Below are positions 45,068 through 57,554 of a stretch of 64,000 nt of DNA, in pieces. Position 1 is the first letter of the stretch. Each line of letters starts with the position of its first letter. The DNA is taken from assembly GCF_000189555.1 (NCBI RefSeq), contig NC_017276.1. One strand, written 5' to 3'. The notes below the pieces were generated by a model. The model saw nothing but the letters and a program-made list of their open reading frames with translations, was not told the DNA's origin and did no database searches. This DNA comes from Saccharolobus islandicus REY15A (GTDB lineage Archaea > Thermoproteota > Thermoprotei_A > Sulfolobales > Sulfolobaceae). The position numbers and the translations under genes were made by a program.

Positions 45068-45511
45068 ATGAGTCAAGGACAAGGAGGTATAACGTTAGAC
45101 GATTTAATAGCGCAAGCAGATTACTTAAAAAGGTACATAGATTCATTACAGAGAACTCAATTAGAATTACTAGAGTCAATAAATTCAATAGATTCTGCAA
45201 AACAAGCCATAGAGACGATAAAGAGTGGAAATAAAGAAATGTTAGTCTTCATAGATAGGAAAGGATATCTTTTAGCCAAAGTAGGGGGTATAATAGGGGA
45301 TAAGGTAACTGTCCATTTAGGTTTATCTTACTACGCGGAAGTAGATCTAGATTCAGCTATAAAAATTCTTGATAAAAGAAAAGATGAGATAAGTAAAGCA
45401 GCACAAAATCTAAATAATGAACTTCAAAAAGCTGCTAGTACATACAATCAGATAGTTGACATACTAAATCAAATACAGCAAGCTGCAGCTAGGAGACAAC
45501 AAGGTGAATAA
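45068..45511 (+). CDS. pfdA: Prefoldin alpha subunit
   Basis: Coiled coil - beta hairpins ([12 protein letters not shown]) - coiled coil. Confidence 0.93.
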   Translation: MSQGQGGITLDDLIAQADYLKRYIDSLQRTQLELLESINSIDSAKQAIETIKSGNKEMLVFIDRKGYLLAKVGGIIGDKVTVHLGLSYYAEVDLDSAIKILDKRKDEISKAAQNLNNELQKAASTYNQIVDILNQIQQAAARRQQGE

Positions 45512-46584
45512 ATTGTTTTGATAAAATAAAGAAAGCTTTTTCTAATTTTGTAGATAAATTAAAGGGAGAGCAAGAAGAAACAGAAAAGATCGAACAAAAT
45601 ATACCTACGCAGAGTATTGGTAGTAATCAACAGCAAACTAGTAATAACGTAATGAATCAATCAACAACCAGTGAAGTAAAGGAAGAAAGTAACGAAGAGG
45701 AGAAGAAGAGCGGCGGAAGTATTTTTGATGTTTTCAGATACAAAGAAATCAAAGAGAAAGATATTGAGGATTTCGTAGAGGAATTAAGATATCAGCTACT
45801 TGAAAGTGATGTTTCTTTTGAAGTTGCAGAGAAAATTCTTGAAGATCTGAAAGAAAACATAATCGGTAAAAAGGTAAGGCGAAGTGAAGATCTTGAAAGA
45901 ATAGTAAAAGATTCTTTAAAAAAATCCATCACCGAAATAATAACAAAAAATAAACCAATGAATGTATTAGAAGAAATAAAGAAATCAACGAAACCTTATA
46001 TAATAATATTTTTCGGAATAAATGGAGTAGGTAAAACTACAACTATTGCTAAGTTTGCATATATGCTTAAAAAAAATGGTTTATCGTGTATTATCTCAGC
46101 TTCAGATACGTTTAGAGCTGCAGCACAAGAACAATTGGAAATCCATGCAAGAAACTTGGAGATACCTTTAATCAAAGGCAAATATGGAGGAGACCCTGCC
46201 TCAGTTGCTTATGACGCAATAAGGGCAGCTAAAAGCAGAGGAATAGATGTTGTATTAATTGATACTGCCGGAAGAATGCACACAGATACTGATTTAGTAA
46301 ATGAACTAAAGAGAGTTGTTAATATCACCAGACCAAATCTGAAAATATTAGTTTTAGACTCTCTAGGTGGAAACGACGCATTAGAACAAGCTAAATATTT
46401 TGAAAATAATGTTGGATTCGATCTAGTAATATTGACTAAAGTTGATGCAGATGTAAAAGGTGGTGTAATATTATCGTTAGCGTATGAATTGAATAAGCCT
46501 GTTGGATATTTAGGAGTGGGTCAAACTTATGATGATCTAATTCCGTTTAATGCCGAGTGGTTCATTCAAAGACTATTCAGTTAA
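45508..46584 (+). CDS. ftsY: SRP receptor FtsY (start uncertain; frame open from 45508, first in-frame ATG 45652)
   Basis: [36 protein letters not shown]; upstream in-frame [15 protein letters not shown] amphipathic N-terminus. Confidence 0.93.
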   Translation: MNCFDKIKKAFSNFVDKLKGEQEETEKIEQNIPTQSIGSNQQQTSNNVMNQSTTSEVKEESNEEEKKSGGSIFDVFRYKEIKEKDIEDFVEELRYQLLESDVSFEVAEKILEDLKENIIGKKVRRSEDLERIVKDSLKKSITEIITKNKPMNVLEEIKKSTKPYIIIFFGINGVGKTTTIAKFAYMLKKNGLSCIISASDTFRAAAQEQLEIHARNLEIPLIKGKYGGDPASVAYDAIRAAKSRGIDVVLIDTAGRMHTDTDLVNELKRVVNITRPNLKILVLDSLGGNDALEQAKYFENNVGFDLVILTKVDADVKGGVILSLAYELNKPVGYLGVGQTYDDLIPFNAEWFIQRLFS

Positions 46585-46615
46585 CTTAAATACCTTGAAC
46601 CAATTATAAATTACT

Positions 46616-46804
46616 GTGAGTTCAAATAAGCTAATTAGCTGGTTCAGAAGGCTTAGGGAGGACTGGAATAGAATAATTACAGTAGCTAGGAAACCGGATA
46701 GGAACTTTTTCTCACTTAACCTTAAAGTTACTTTATTAGTATTAGTCGTAGTAGGTGTATTAGCTTACATAATTCAACTTGCATTGACATTAATTGGGGT
46801 GTAA
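46616..46804 (+). CDS. secE: Protein translocase SecE/Sec61-gamma
   Basis: WNRIITVARKPD..F...TM helix; located between ftsY and spt5. Confidence 0.9.
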   Translation: MSSNKLISWFRRLREDWNRIITVARKPDRNFFSLNLKVTLLVLVVVGVLAYIIQLALTLIGV

Positions 46805-46808
46805 TTTT

Positions 46809-47267
46809 GTGGAAAAACCGAATATGAGAAATTATTATGCTGTAAAAGTTGTTGGAGGGCAAGAAATAAATGTAGCTTTAATGTTAGAAGAGAGAATAAA
46901 AACTAATAATATTAAAGGAATATATGCAATAATTGTTCCACCCAATTTGAAAGGATATGTAGTTCTGGAGGCAGAGGGTTTGCATATAGTTAAACCATTA
47001 ATTGCTGGGATAAGGAATGCAAGAGGACTTGCACAAGGTTTACTACCTAGAGATGAGATACTAAAAATTGTATCTAAGAAAACCATAGGTCCAACCGTAA
47101 AACCTGGGGATGTAGTAGAAGTAATTTCTGGTCCCTTTAGGGGTACTCAGGCTCAAGTGGTAAGAGTTGAGGAAGCTAAAGGAGAGGTAGTGTTAAATAT
47201 TTTAGAATCAGCATTTCCATTACAAGTCACAGTTCCTTTAGATCAAATTAAGGTGTCTAAAAGGTGA
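46809..47267 (+). CDS. spt5: Transcription elongation factor Spt5/NusG
   Basis: YAVKVVGGQE, KGYVVLE, KOW GDVVEVISGPFRG. Confidence 0.95.
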   Translation: MEKPNMRNYYAVKVVGGQEINVALMLEERIKTNNIKGIYAIIVPPNLKGYVVLEAEGLHIVKPLIAGIRNARGLAQGLLPRDEILKIVSKKTIGPTVKPGDVVEVISGPFRGTQAQVVRVEEAKGEVVLNILESAFPLQVTVPLDQIKVSKR

Positions 47268-47272
47268 AGTAA

Positions 47273-47785
47273 ATGCCCACAAAGTCTATAAAAATAATGG
47301 TAGAAGGAGGTAATGTTAAGCCAGGTCCACCGTTAGCACCAACACTTTCGCAGTTAGGGCTAAATGTCGGGGAGGTTGTCAAGAAATTAAATGAGGCTAC
47401 AAGTAGTTTTAAAGGCATGTCAGTTCCAGTAACAATAGAAGTTGATAGTAATACTAAGAAATATGAAATAAAAGTTGGAATACCTACTACTACTGCATTG
47501 CTATTAAAAGAAGCTGGAGCTAGCGAACCATCTGGAGACCCTGCACACAAAAAGATAGGTAATTTATCATTGGAACAAGTAATTAAAATCGCGATTATGA
47601 AAAAGCCGGGGTTAACTACGAAATCATTAAAGGCTGCAGTTAAGAGTATGCTAGGTACGGCTAAATCTATTGGAGTAACTGTGGAAAATAAAGACCCTAA
47701 AGAACTAGTAAAAGAAGTGGAAGAAGGTAAATATGATGATTTATTAGCAAAATATGAGAATGAATGGAATGAGGTGAAAGAGTAA
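47273..47785 (+). CDS. rpl11: 50S ribosomal protein L11
   Basis: [27 protein letters not shown]. Confidence 0.97.
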
Positions 47786-47786
47786 A

Positions 47787-48439
47787 ATGCCAATCGTTGA
47801 TAGAAGTAATATTGAAGATTCCCTTAAGCTGGCATTATCTCCCGAAAACAACCCCAAGAGAAACTTTGTCCAGAGCGTAGAGATAATAGTTACATTTAAA
47901 GAAGTTGATATGAAAAAGGGGGACTTGAAGTTAAGAGAAATAGTGGTATTACCTAAGCCTCCAGAAAAGTCAAAGAAAGTTTTAGTAGTCCCAACTATTC
48001 AGCAGTTAGAGTACGCAAAGAAAGCTGAACCTAATACAATTTTAACCAAAGAAGAATTACAAAAACTACAAGGAAATAAGAGGGCAATTAAAAAATTAGC
48101 TCGTCAAAATGATTGGTTTCTAATAGCCCCAGATTCGATGGCTTTGGTAGGTAGAATATTAGGCCCAGCTTTAGGTCCCAGAGGAAAATTCCCAACACCA
48201 TTACCGAATACTGCAGATATATCAGAGTATATACTGAGATTTAAAAGATCAACTTTAGTTAAGACTAAAGATCAACCCCAAACACAAGCATTCATAGGCA
48301 CTGAGAACCAACAAATTGCAGATTTAGCTGAAAATGCACTGGCAGTACTAAACGTAATAGAATCTAAAGGATACGCCCAAAAGATAAGGAATATATATGT
48401 AAAAACTACTATGGGTAAGGTAGTAAAAGTAGAGTTAAG

Positions 48440-48443
<4 letters not shown>
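47787..48443 (+). CDS. rpl1: 50S ribosomal protein L1
   Basis: [29 protein letters not shown]. Confidence 0.97.
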
Positions 48444-49823
<1,380 letters not shown>

Positions 49824-50047
49824 GGCTTTGTTAAGGATAACGAAACAATCTTTTAATGTAGAGATATTAATTCAATACTTTTTAAGGGACAACATTTTAG
49901 ATTCGTTTTTGTTATGTGGAACATACTTTTTTAGGTTAGTTTCCTTAGAGAGAAATCTTAAATGAAATTAAAAACGAATATCTACTCTAGAATCCCACTA
50001 CGGGAGAAAGTCAGTTTTTAAGCTTTAGATACTTTTCTTTTTATTGT

Positions 50048-52750
50048 ATGAAAGCTAGTGAAGAGGAGTACAGACTGAATTTCTTTATCAAGAATGATTT
50101 CAAGCGAAAAATATGCAAATCATGCAAAACACCATTTTGGACTAGGGATGAAAAGAAAGAATATTGTTCAGACATACCTTGTACCGACTATTACTTTTTT
50201 GACATAAATATAAAAAGCAAACCCTTGACTGTCAAGGAAGCTAGAGAGAAATTCCTCTCATTCTTCGAAAAGAGAGGACATACACGAATACCTCCTAAAC
50301 CAGTTTTGGCTAGATGGAGAGAGGACTTATACCTAACAATAGCAAGTATAGTTGATTTCCAGCCACATGTAACTAGTGGCTTAGTTCCCCCACCCGCAAA
50401 TCCACTAGTAGTGTCGCAGCCCTCAATAAGATTAGAGGATATAGATAATGTCGGAATAACCTTTGGAAGACATTTAACTACTTTCGAAATGGCCGCACAT
50501 CACGCATTCAACTATCCAGACCATTATGTGTATTGGAAGGACGAAACAACAGCGTATGCTACAGAATTCTTCACAAAAGAGTTAGGAATACCAGAAGAGG
50601 AATTGAACTTCAAAGAATCTTGGTGGGAAGGGGGAGGAAATGCTGGACCTTGCTTAGAAGTTACAGTAGGTGGATTAGAGTTAGCCACACTAGTATTTAT
50701 GCAATACAAGATAACCGATAATGGTAATTATACTCCACTCAAATTGAAAATTGTAGATACCGGATATGGTGTAGAAAGAATTGCATGGGTAACACAAAAG
50801 ACTCCCTCTGCGTTTCACGCAATATATGGTAATTTAGTATACAAATTCTTTAACAAAATAGGCGTAGCTTATATAGATGAGACATTACTAAAAGTAGCAT
50901 CTAGATTTGCAGGCAAAATAGACCCAGATAATCCGGATACTATAAAAATTCATAGACAAATGGTTAGCAAGGAATTAGGAATTGATATTAAAGCTGTTGA
51001 AGAAGAATTGGATAGGGCAGCTAAGGTATTTCAGATCTTAGACCACACGAAGACAATAATGTTGATGCTAGCTGATGGTCTAGTTCCTTCCAACTCTGGT
51101 GAAGGATATCTTGGCAGACTCGTTATAAGAAGAGCCTTAAAAGTACTAAGATTACTTAAATCGGATGTAAGACTTTATGAACTAGTAAAAGAACAAATAG
51201 ACTTCTGGAAGGAAGATTTCCCTCAAGTATTAAAGAACAAAGATTACATATTAGACGCGGTAGAATTAGAACAACAGAGATTTGAAAAGATTTTGGAAAA
51301 AGTTCCATCTATAGCCTCAACTTTAGCTAGAAAGAGCGAAATAACAACAGAAGATTTAATACAAGTCTACGATTCTAATGGTATTCCTCCAGATCTACTA
51401 GAAGAGGAACTAAAGAAAAAGAGTGTGAAATTTGAACTACCGCGTAACTTTTACGCGTTAGTGGCTAAGAGACATCAAACCTCAACAATCAAAAGTGCAT
51501 ATGACAAAGTTAAATTGCCTAAGGATATGTTAGAATATATCACTGCGTTACAGCCAACTGAAAAATTATACTATAAAGACCAGTATATGAGATCTTTTGA
51601 AGGTAAAGTGTTGGGAGTTTATAAAAACTATCTGATTTTAGATAAGACCACATTCTATCCAGAGGGAGGAGGGCAATTAGGTGATACTGGCCTCATAATC
51701 GATGAAAAAAGTAGTAAAAGATATGAAGTCATAGATACGCAGAAAGTAAATGATGTGATAGTACATATACTAAAGGAGGAGCCATCAACAATAAAGGTTG
51801 GAGATAATGTAAGAGGGGAAATTAATTGGGAAAGAAGATATCGTTTAATGAGACATCATACAGTAACACACGTAATACTTGCAGCTGCTAAAAAAGTATT
51901 AGGTGAGCATGTATGGCAAGCTGGAGCTGAAAAGACACCGGAAAAAGGAAGACTAGATATAACTCATCATAAGACTTTAACTGAGGAAGAGGTTAAGCTA
52001 ATAGAAAACTACGCAAATAGTGTGATATCTGATAGAAGACAAGTTAAACCTTTAGAAATGAACAGAATGGAAGCTGAAATGAAATATGGAGTATCCATAT
52101 ATGAGGGTGGAGTACCTAATTCTGCAACAATCAGATTGTTAGAGATAAAGGACTGGGATATAGAGAGTTGTGGAGGAACTCATGTAAGTAATACTAGTGA
52201 GATAGGAGCTGTGAAGATAATCAACGTTGAGAGAATACAAGATGGTGTAATAAGACTTGAATACGTTGGGGGACCAGCATTAGTTGACTATATTAGGGAA
52301 ACTGAAGCGAAAATCGTTGAAGCTTCGAAAATAATAGGTAGTTCTCCAGATCAACTAACCAGTAGATTAAGAAGACTACTTAATGAAATTGAGGAGAAAA
52401 ATAATTTAATAATCCAATATAGAAGAATAATTGAAACTGAATTACTAAATAATCTAAAGCCTTACGAAATCAACGGTAATAAAATATACATCATAGAGGG
52501 ATTAGGTGATGAAGAGGAAAACAAGGAGATACTAAGGAAATTAACTTCCACAGATAATACTATTGCAATATCCATCTCAGATAATAGATTACAAATTGCC
52601 ACATCTAAAAACATGAGAATAGATAAGATAGTAGAAGAATTACTAAAGGGAGGAGGAAAAGGAGGAGGAAAAGGCACATTTGCAAACGTAATTCTAAATA
52701 GTAAAAAGAGTAAAGAAGAAATAATAGAGATAGTGAGAAAATCACTATAA
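50048..52750 (+). CDS. alaS: Alanyl-tRNA synthetase
   Basis: [33 protein letters not shown], editing HTVTH..CGGTH. Confidence 0.97.
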   Translation: MKASEEEYRLNFFIKNDFKRKICKSCKTPFWTRDEKKEYCSDIPCTDYYFFDINIKSKPLTVKEAREKFLSFFEKRGHTRIPPKPVLARWREDLYLTIASIVDFQPHVTSGLVPPPANPLVVSQPSIRLEDIDNVGITFGRHLTTFEMAAHHAFNYPDHYVYWKDETTAYATEFFTKELGIPEEELNFKESWWEGGGNAGPCLEVTVGGLELATLVFMQYKITDNGNYTPLKLKIVDTGYGVERIAWVTQKTPSAFHAIYGNLVYKFFNKIGVAYIDETLLKVASRFAGKIDPDNPDTIKIHRQMVSKELGIDIKAVEEELDRAAKVFQILDHTKTIMLMLADGLVPSNSGEGYLGRLVIRRALKVLRLLKSDVRLYELVKEQIDFWKEDFPQVLKNKDYILDAVELEQQRFEKILEKVPSIASTLARKSEITTEDLIQVYDSNGIPPDLLEEELKKKSVKFELPRNFYALVAKRHQTSTIKSAYDKVKLPKDMLEYITALQPTEKLYYKDQYMRSFEGKVLGVYKNYLILDKTTFYPEGGGQLGDTGLIIDEKSSKRYEVIDTQKVNDVIVHILKEEPSTIKVGDNVRGEINWERRYRLMRHHTVTHVILAAAKKVLGEHVWQAGAEKTPEKGRLDITHHKTLTEEEVKLIENYANSVISDRRQVKPLEMNRMEAEMKYGVSIYEGGVPNSATIRLLEIKDWDIESCGGTHVSNTSEIGAVKIINVERIQDGVIRLEYVGGPALVDYIRETEAKIVEASKIIGSSPDQLTSRLRRLLNEIEEKNNLIIQYRRIIETELLNNLKPYEINGNKIYIIEGLGDEEENKEILRKLTSTDNTIAISISDNRLQIATSKNMRIDKIVEELLKGGGKGGGKGTFANVILNSKKSKEEIIEIVRKSL

Positions 52751-52759
52751 GAGAATATT

Positions 52760-53401
52760 ATGTATTTCACAGATGTTTTTAGGGAAGCTTACACAGATTA
52801 TAAATATTTTTTAAACAGAGATTATTCCAGAAAGGTTGTCCTTGATGTAATAGCTGCTAGATATAACTTATCCAGCTTAGAACGACTCTTACTATATCGT
52901 TGCGTACATTCCGATAAGGAAATAGAAATAATTAAAGGAAAAATAAACAATGAAGAAAGAGAAGTTATTCTAGATGGATATAATTTGGCTTTAACACTAA
53001 TTTCTGCGATAAATAATGAGGAGTTATACCTATGTGATGATGGTTTCTTTAGAGATCTAGGCTTAGGAAGACATAAATCTAGTGAGATAATATCCGATAC
53101 ATTAATGCTAATTTCTGAATATTGCGAGAAACATAGAATAAAATGCGAGATAATACTTGATAAACAGTTGAGTAACAGTGGCGAGATAGCAAGCAGATTA
53201 AGGAAAAAAGGTATAGAAATAAGAACTGTTAACAAAGCTGATAAAGAGATAATAATTTCAAATAAAGCTGTTTATAGTAACGATTTCGTAATCTTGTTTA
53301 AGTCACAAAAAATTTCCACTATCTTAAACAATATATTTTTCGAAAGCGGATTTAAGATACTTAAGGGACCTTGGATTGTTAATCTTGAAGAAAAACTTTA
53401 A
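52760..53401 (+). CDS. DUF434-type protein (PIN/NYN-like)
   Basis: AYTDYKYFLNR.Y, LDGYN, CDDGF.RDL, SNSG, SND. Confidence 0.7.
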   Translation: MYFTDVFREAYTDYKYFLNRDYSRKVVLDVIAARYNLSSLERLLLYRCVHSDKEIEIIKGKINNEEREVILDGYNLALTLISAINNEELYLCDDGFFRDLGLGRHKSSEIISDTLMLISEYCEKHRIKCEIILDKQLSNSGEIASRLRKKGIEIRTVNKADKEIIISNKAVYSNDFVILFKSQKISTILNNIFFESGFKILKGPWIVNLEEKL

Positions 53402-53424
53402 TGGGATTATAGTAATCTAATAAT

Positions 53425-53513
<89 letters not shown>

Positions 53514-53754
53514 CACATTATCATAATGTGTTTATAACTGAAAACTTTGCTCTTTAGGGCGAATAGGAAGTCAGCTTCTGCTATAAAAATCTTCACATAA
53601 TATATTATGAATTTCTCTATCAGTAATAAAGAACTTCGATAGCATGTAATAATTATATAAAACTATCATTATAATAATTATTGATAGTGAAAAGTATAAG
53701 TAGATTATACTTACATGATGCTTAATTTTAAATTCAAACTGAAAAGTATATATC

Positions 53755-54807
53755 TTGATTGAAATGTTAGGTATAAAAATACCGTTGAGGAAAACTACCA
53801 TACTACCAGTATTAAGCTTTACATTATCTTCCTACTTCCTTATCAATTTCATTTTTTATCTACAATATACAGATTATACTGGCTTAGTGGAGTTCCTATT
53901 AATAGGTGCTCCATTCATAGGAAGAGCGATAACCCCAATAACATATCCTTTTCTAATGACAAAAATGGACATTGAGAGAATAACTTATCTCTCGTTGGGA
54001 AATATGGCTATTTTGGATATAGTGGAATTCTTTATGGCTTCAAATACCCTTGTACTAATTCCATTAAGGGTAGCAACGGGAATTCTATTCGGTTTAGCTA
54101 CATCAGCAGCAGTAGAACTTGCAACTCAGAGTAGGAGCAAAATAATTGTAGGAATGACGATGGGCGGATGGGCATTAGGATGGATACTGGCCGCACTCAT
54201 ATCATTCCTAGTGGGAAAAATGATACTTATAGCAAGCTCTTTTTCACTAGTATTTTTCTTTCTAATCAAGAGATCTAGTACTGATAAGAGATTATTCTCC
54301 TATCCAGGAAATATAGGTATGGTGTTCTCGTGGAAAGCATTGTTAATATTTTTACTTGGATTTGAACCAGCATATATATTACAGCTAACTCCATCACTAT
54401 TAGGAGAAAGTAATGCAATAGAGGAAACTATAATCGCGTATTCCATTTCATTTATAGCATATATAATTCTACCAGCTATCAGAAACATTAGAATTACATC
54501 ACTGCTGAGTTCTCTAATTATAGGAATTTTGGGATTTGCATCATTTATTATGCTTAAAGTATGGATATTCATACCTTTTACCGTATTGGGATTGGGTCTT
54601 AATTCGTTATTACCTATTATAATTAGATCAATGGAAGTTGAAGTAACGAAAATAGGGCCTAGCATGAACCTAGCCTCATTAAGTGGATTTCTAATACCTT
54701 CTTTGGTTAGTATTGGAGATATAGAAATAAACTCAGCAATATTAACTCTATTATCCTCGATTTCACTTGGAGCCATAATATACAAAAATCTCAAGATTAC
54801 AACCTAG
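53755..54807 (+). CDS. MFS-type transporter
   Basis: About 11-12 TM segments, LRVATGILFG, GWALGWILAA. Confidence 0.8.
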   Translation: MIEMLGIKIPLRKTTILPVLSFTLSSYFLINFIFYLQYTDYTGLVEFLLIGAPFIGRAITPITYPFLMTKMDIERITYLSLGNMAILDIVEFFMASNTLVLIPLRVATGILFGLATSAAVELATQSRSKIIVGMTMGGWALGWILAALISFLVGKMILIASSFSLVFFFLIKRSSTDKRLFSYPGNIGMVFSWKALLIFLLGFEPAYILQLTPSLLGESNAIEETIIAYSISFIAYIILPAIRNIRITSLLSSLIIGILGFASFIMLKVWIFIPFTVLGLGLNSLLPIIIRSMEVEVTKIGPSMNLASLSGFLIPSLVSIGDIEINSAILTLLSSISLGAIIYKNLKITT

Positions 54808-54901
54808 GTTTAACCGCAATTAAGAAGTTAATTTCAAATGCAAGTAACTAGATTTGGGTAAAAACTTTTTAAATAAGTTTCAACTTTCTTCTCGATCCAA
54901 A

Positions 54902-57268
54902 ATGGCAGATATGAAAACTATTGCATTCTCTATAGTAGCAGTAGTTTTAATTGTAATAGCAGCTGTAGGTTTTTATGAATATTCAGTAGCAAACTCGAGA
55001 TACATTAACGCATATAATGAGTATCAGAGCGAAAATAGCCAATACATGGCATTACAAGGAAACTATACTAAATTAAATCAGACATATTCACAACTAGCTT
55101 CCCAGTACAAAGTACTAGAAGGTATGTATAATGCAGTACTAGCAGAGGCTCAGAATAATTACACCCTATATAAGCAAGCAGAAACAAACTATTCTTATTA
55201 TAAGACCTTATATGAACAAATGTTACAACAAATCAGTAAATTAAACATTTCGGGATATAAACCTGGCGCAGCTCTATCTACAGTATTACAATTCTATGAT
55301 GGCATTGCGATAGAATCTCCATCAGATGTTGTTCCTTTGTTAGCAACTAACTTTACTGCATACATAATGGGCCAGCCGTTTGCCGGAACATACAACTTAA
55401 CTAAATTTAATACAACTTGGCTAGCTAACTTCTTCGGAACCTATGAGACAGTATACTTCTACACCACTGCATTACCCACTGTAACCCAAATTAATGGAAA
55501 CACGTTCAATGTAACTGACGTTGTGCAATACTTTGTAGCACCCACCGCAGATCCAGTATACTTACAAGTCTTTAATGCTAGCAATACTATAATAGTACAG
55601 TACATTCACGGAGTTCCGGAAATTACTGAACTAATGTGGAAAGGGAATGAGGTACCTCCATCAACTGTAATTGCAGGATATCCATCTCAACACTCAATAC
55701 AAGCAAATCAAGTACTTGATGAATTCTTGTCACAGATGAACGCATTAGGAGCGGAATTTCCAGGTAATACGATAGCAAAGAATTTCGCTCCAAATGCACA
55801 ATTAGTGTTAATTGGACAATTACCTCCGGTATTTAAAGCGGGAACTTATACTGGAGTTTCTAGTATAGCAAACGTTTTCAACACTTGGGACCAATACTTC
55901 ATCTTTGCCTTAACATATGTGCAAAATCTTTTACCCAACGGAACAGCTATTCCACCAACAGTTAAAGTGTATTTATCTCCATCAAATGCAACTGCTGAAG
56001 TTATAGCTAACGACACAGTATTCTATGGATTTGTAAATCAAGGTGAACCTAACTTCCCAATGATATATGATCTGCATGTTGCAATAACCGCATATTTCGT
56101 TTACAATACCACTACAGCTAGCTGGCAAATAACCAAGGAAGTATGGAACTCAACTGAAGTTAATGCATTATCTGACACAATTTACTATAACTTAAACGAG
56201 CCAATTATGAAAGTTAATGGAGAAGAAACTGTTACTGTAAACGCTACTAGCGGCCAAGGATATACATTGCAAGTTGGCAATATTATAGTAATAGTGAAAC
56301 CAAATACTTATGCAGCATTAGCTAATGGTACAATGTTATCTGTATATAATTTCTCATTAGTAACCTTTAGCCTAGAAGCTATATATTCACCTCCTACTGC
56401 ATTAAACTTAACACCACTTTATGCGTTCGCCTTTGCTGTAAATAATCAGATAACACCGGGTATTTCATTAGTAACAATGAGTAATGGAAAAGTTGTAGCG
56501 CAACCACCGATAACAGTTGTATGGGGAGCTCCAAGTACTTGGACTTCATGGACTTGGTTTGGTGGAACATTTAATGGTACTGCATACATAGGTGGAAGCT
56601 ACAAGTTTGTAGATCACTGGTTGTATGGAAATGGTGTAATGATTAACACACAATTCTTCAAACCAGTTATATGGATATTTGAATCAGCACCAACTCCAGT
56701 TGCACAAACACCTAAACCAGTACAAGTGAGTGTAGGTAGCGCGTATGGACTAACTCCAGTTAACGTATATAGCTACGAAATAAATGGTACACAAGGAGGA
56801 GTAGCAGTAGCTGGTAACATGATAGTTGCAATACAGCCAAACACTAAGATAGTAACACCTAATGGTAACTTGACCATATTTAACTTCTCAGTAGTATTCT
56901 ACAATCCAGCAAATGGAGGAACAGCACCAAATGGGCAAGTGCCAATATTAGCTTTCGCTTATGCTATAAACGGAAATGTGACATTTAGTTATTCATCAAT
57001 AAACTCGGTCACTGGCCTAGCTAATCCATTTATAACTGTAATATTCACGCCCAGCCAGAATGTATCGATGTGGACATGGGGAGCTAAGGGCTACATATTT
57101 AAGGATCCAATAATAGTAGGAAACGGCGTAGTGGTTAACTTAACATTCTTTAAACCAGTACCTTGGATATTGACAGCGCCAGAGATATCTTATTCATCAA
57201 GTACATCGATGAGTTCGTCCTCTTCTTCAACTACTACAACCTCAACATCTACTCCATACTGGGGTTAA
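54902..57268 (+). CDS. Large N-terminally anchored extracellular protein of unknown function
   Basis: N-terminal TM, coiled coil, many N-x-S/T sequons, internal duplications, S/T tail ending PYWG. Confidence 0.75.
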   Translation: MADMKTIAFSIVAVVLIVIAAVGFYEYSVANSRYINAYNEYQSENSQYMALQGNYTKLNQTYSQLASQYKVLEGMYNAVLAEAQNNYTLYKQAETNYSYYKTLYEQMLQQISKLNISGYKPGAALSTVLQFYDGIAIESPSDVVPLLATNFTAYIMGQPFAGTYNLTKFNTTWLANFFGTYETVYFYTTALPTVTQINGNTFNVTDVVQYFVAPTADPVYLQVFNASNTIIVQYIHGVPEITELMWKGNEVPPSTVIAGYPSQHSIQANQVLDEFLSQMNALGAEFPGNTIAKNFAPNAQLVLIGQLPPVFKAGTYTGVSSIANVFNTWDQYFIFALTYVQNLLPNGTAIPPTVKVYLSPSNATAEVIANDTVFYGFVNQGEPNFPMIYDLHVAITAYFVYNTTTASWQITKEVWNSTEVNALSDTIYYNLNEPIMKVNGEETVTVNATSGQGYTLQVGNIIVIVKPNTYAALANGTMLSVYNFSLVTFSLEAIYSPPTALNLTPLYAFAFAVNNQITPGISLVTMSNGKVVAQPPITVVWGAPSTWTSWTWFGGTFNGTAYIGGSYKFVDHWLYGNGVMINTQFFKPVIWIFESAPTPVAQTPKPVQVSVGSAYGLTPVNVYSYEINGTQGGVAVAGNMIVAIQPNTKIVTPNGNLTIFNFSVVFYNPANGGTAPNGQVPILAFAYAINGNVTFSYSSINSVTGLANPFITVIFTPSQNVSMWTWGAKGYIFKDPIIVGNGVVVNLTFFKPVPWILTAPEISYSSSTSMSSSSSSTTTTSTSTPYWG

Positions 57269-57335
57269 GTATTTAAAGCATAAGCCTTTTCGTAGAAAGA
57301 ATAATCTTTTTTCTTCACATTCCCCTTTTTCTATT

Positions 57336-57554
57336 ATGATAATTATCACGTCCATCAATAATAATATCGTAGAAGGTCTTGTAGGTGCTAGATGTGCTGC
57401 TGGTCACTATAAGGTAAAAATAAAAATTAACGAGTTTAAAATTGTTGATTCTGAGTGTGAATGTGGACAAAAATTTTGTAGACATACGGTACAGCTATAT
57501 TTACACTACATGAGAGTGAAGAATAATGTTAATCATCATAAGACCATCGGGTGA
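57336..57554 (+). CDS. Small SWIM Zn-finger protein
   Basis: ECECGQKFCRH (CxC-x-CxH). Confidence 0.75.
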   Translation: MIIITSINNNIVEGLVGARCAAGHYKVKIKINEFKIVDSECECGQKFCRHTVQLYLHYMRVKNNVNHHKTIG

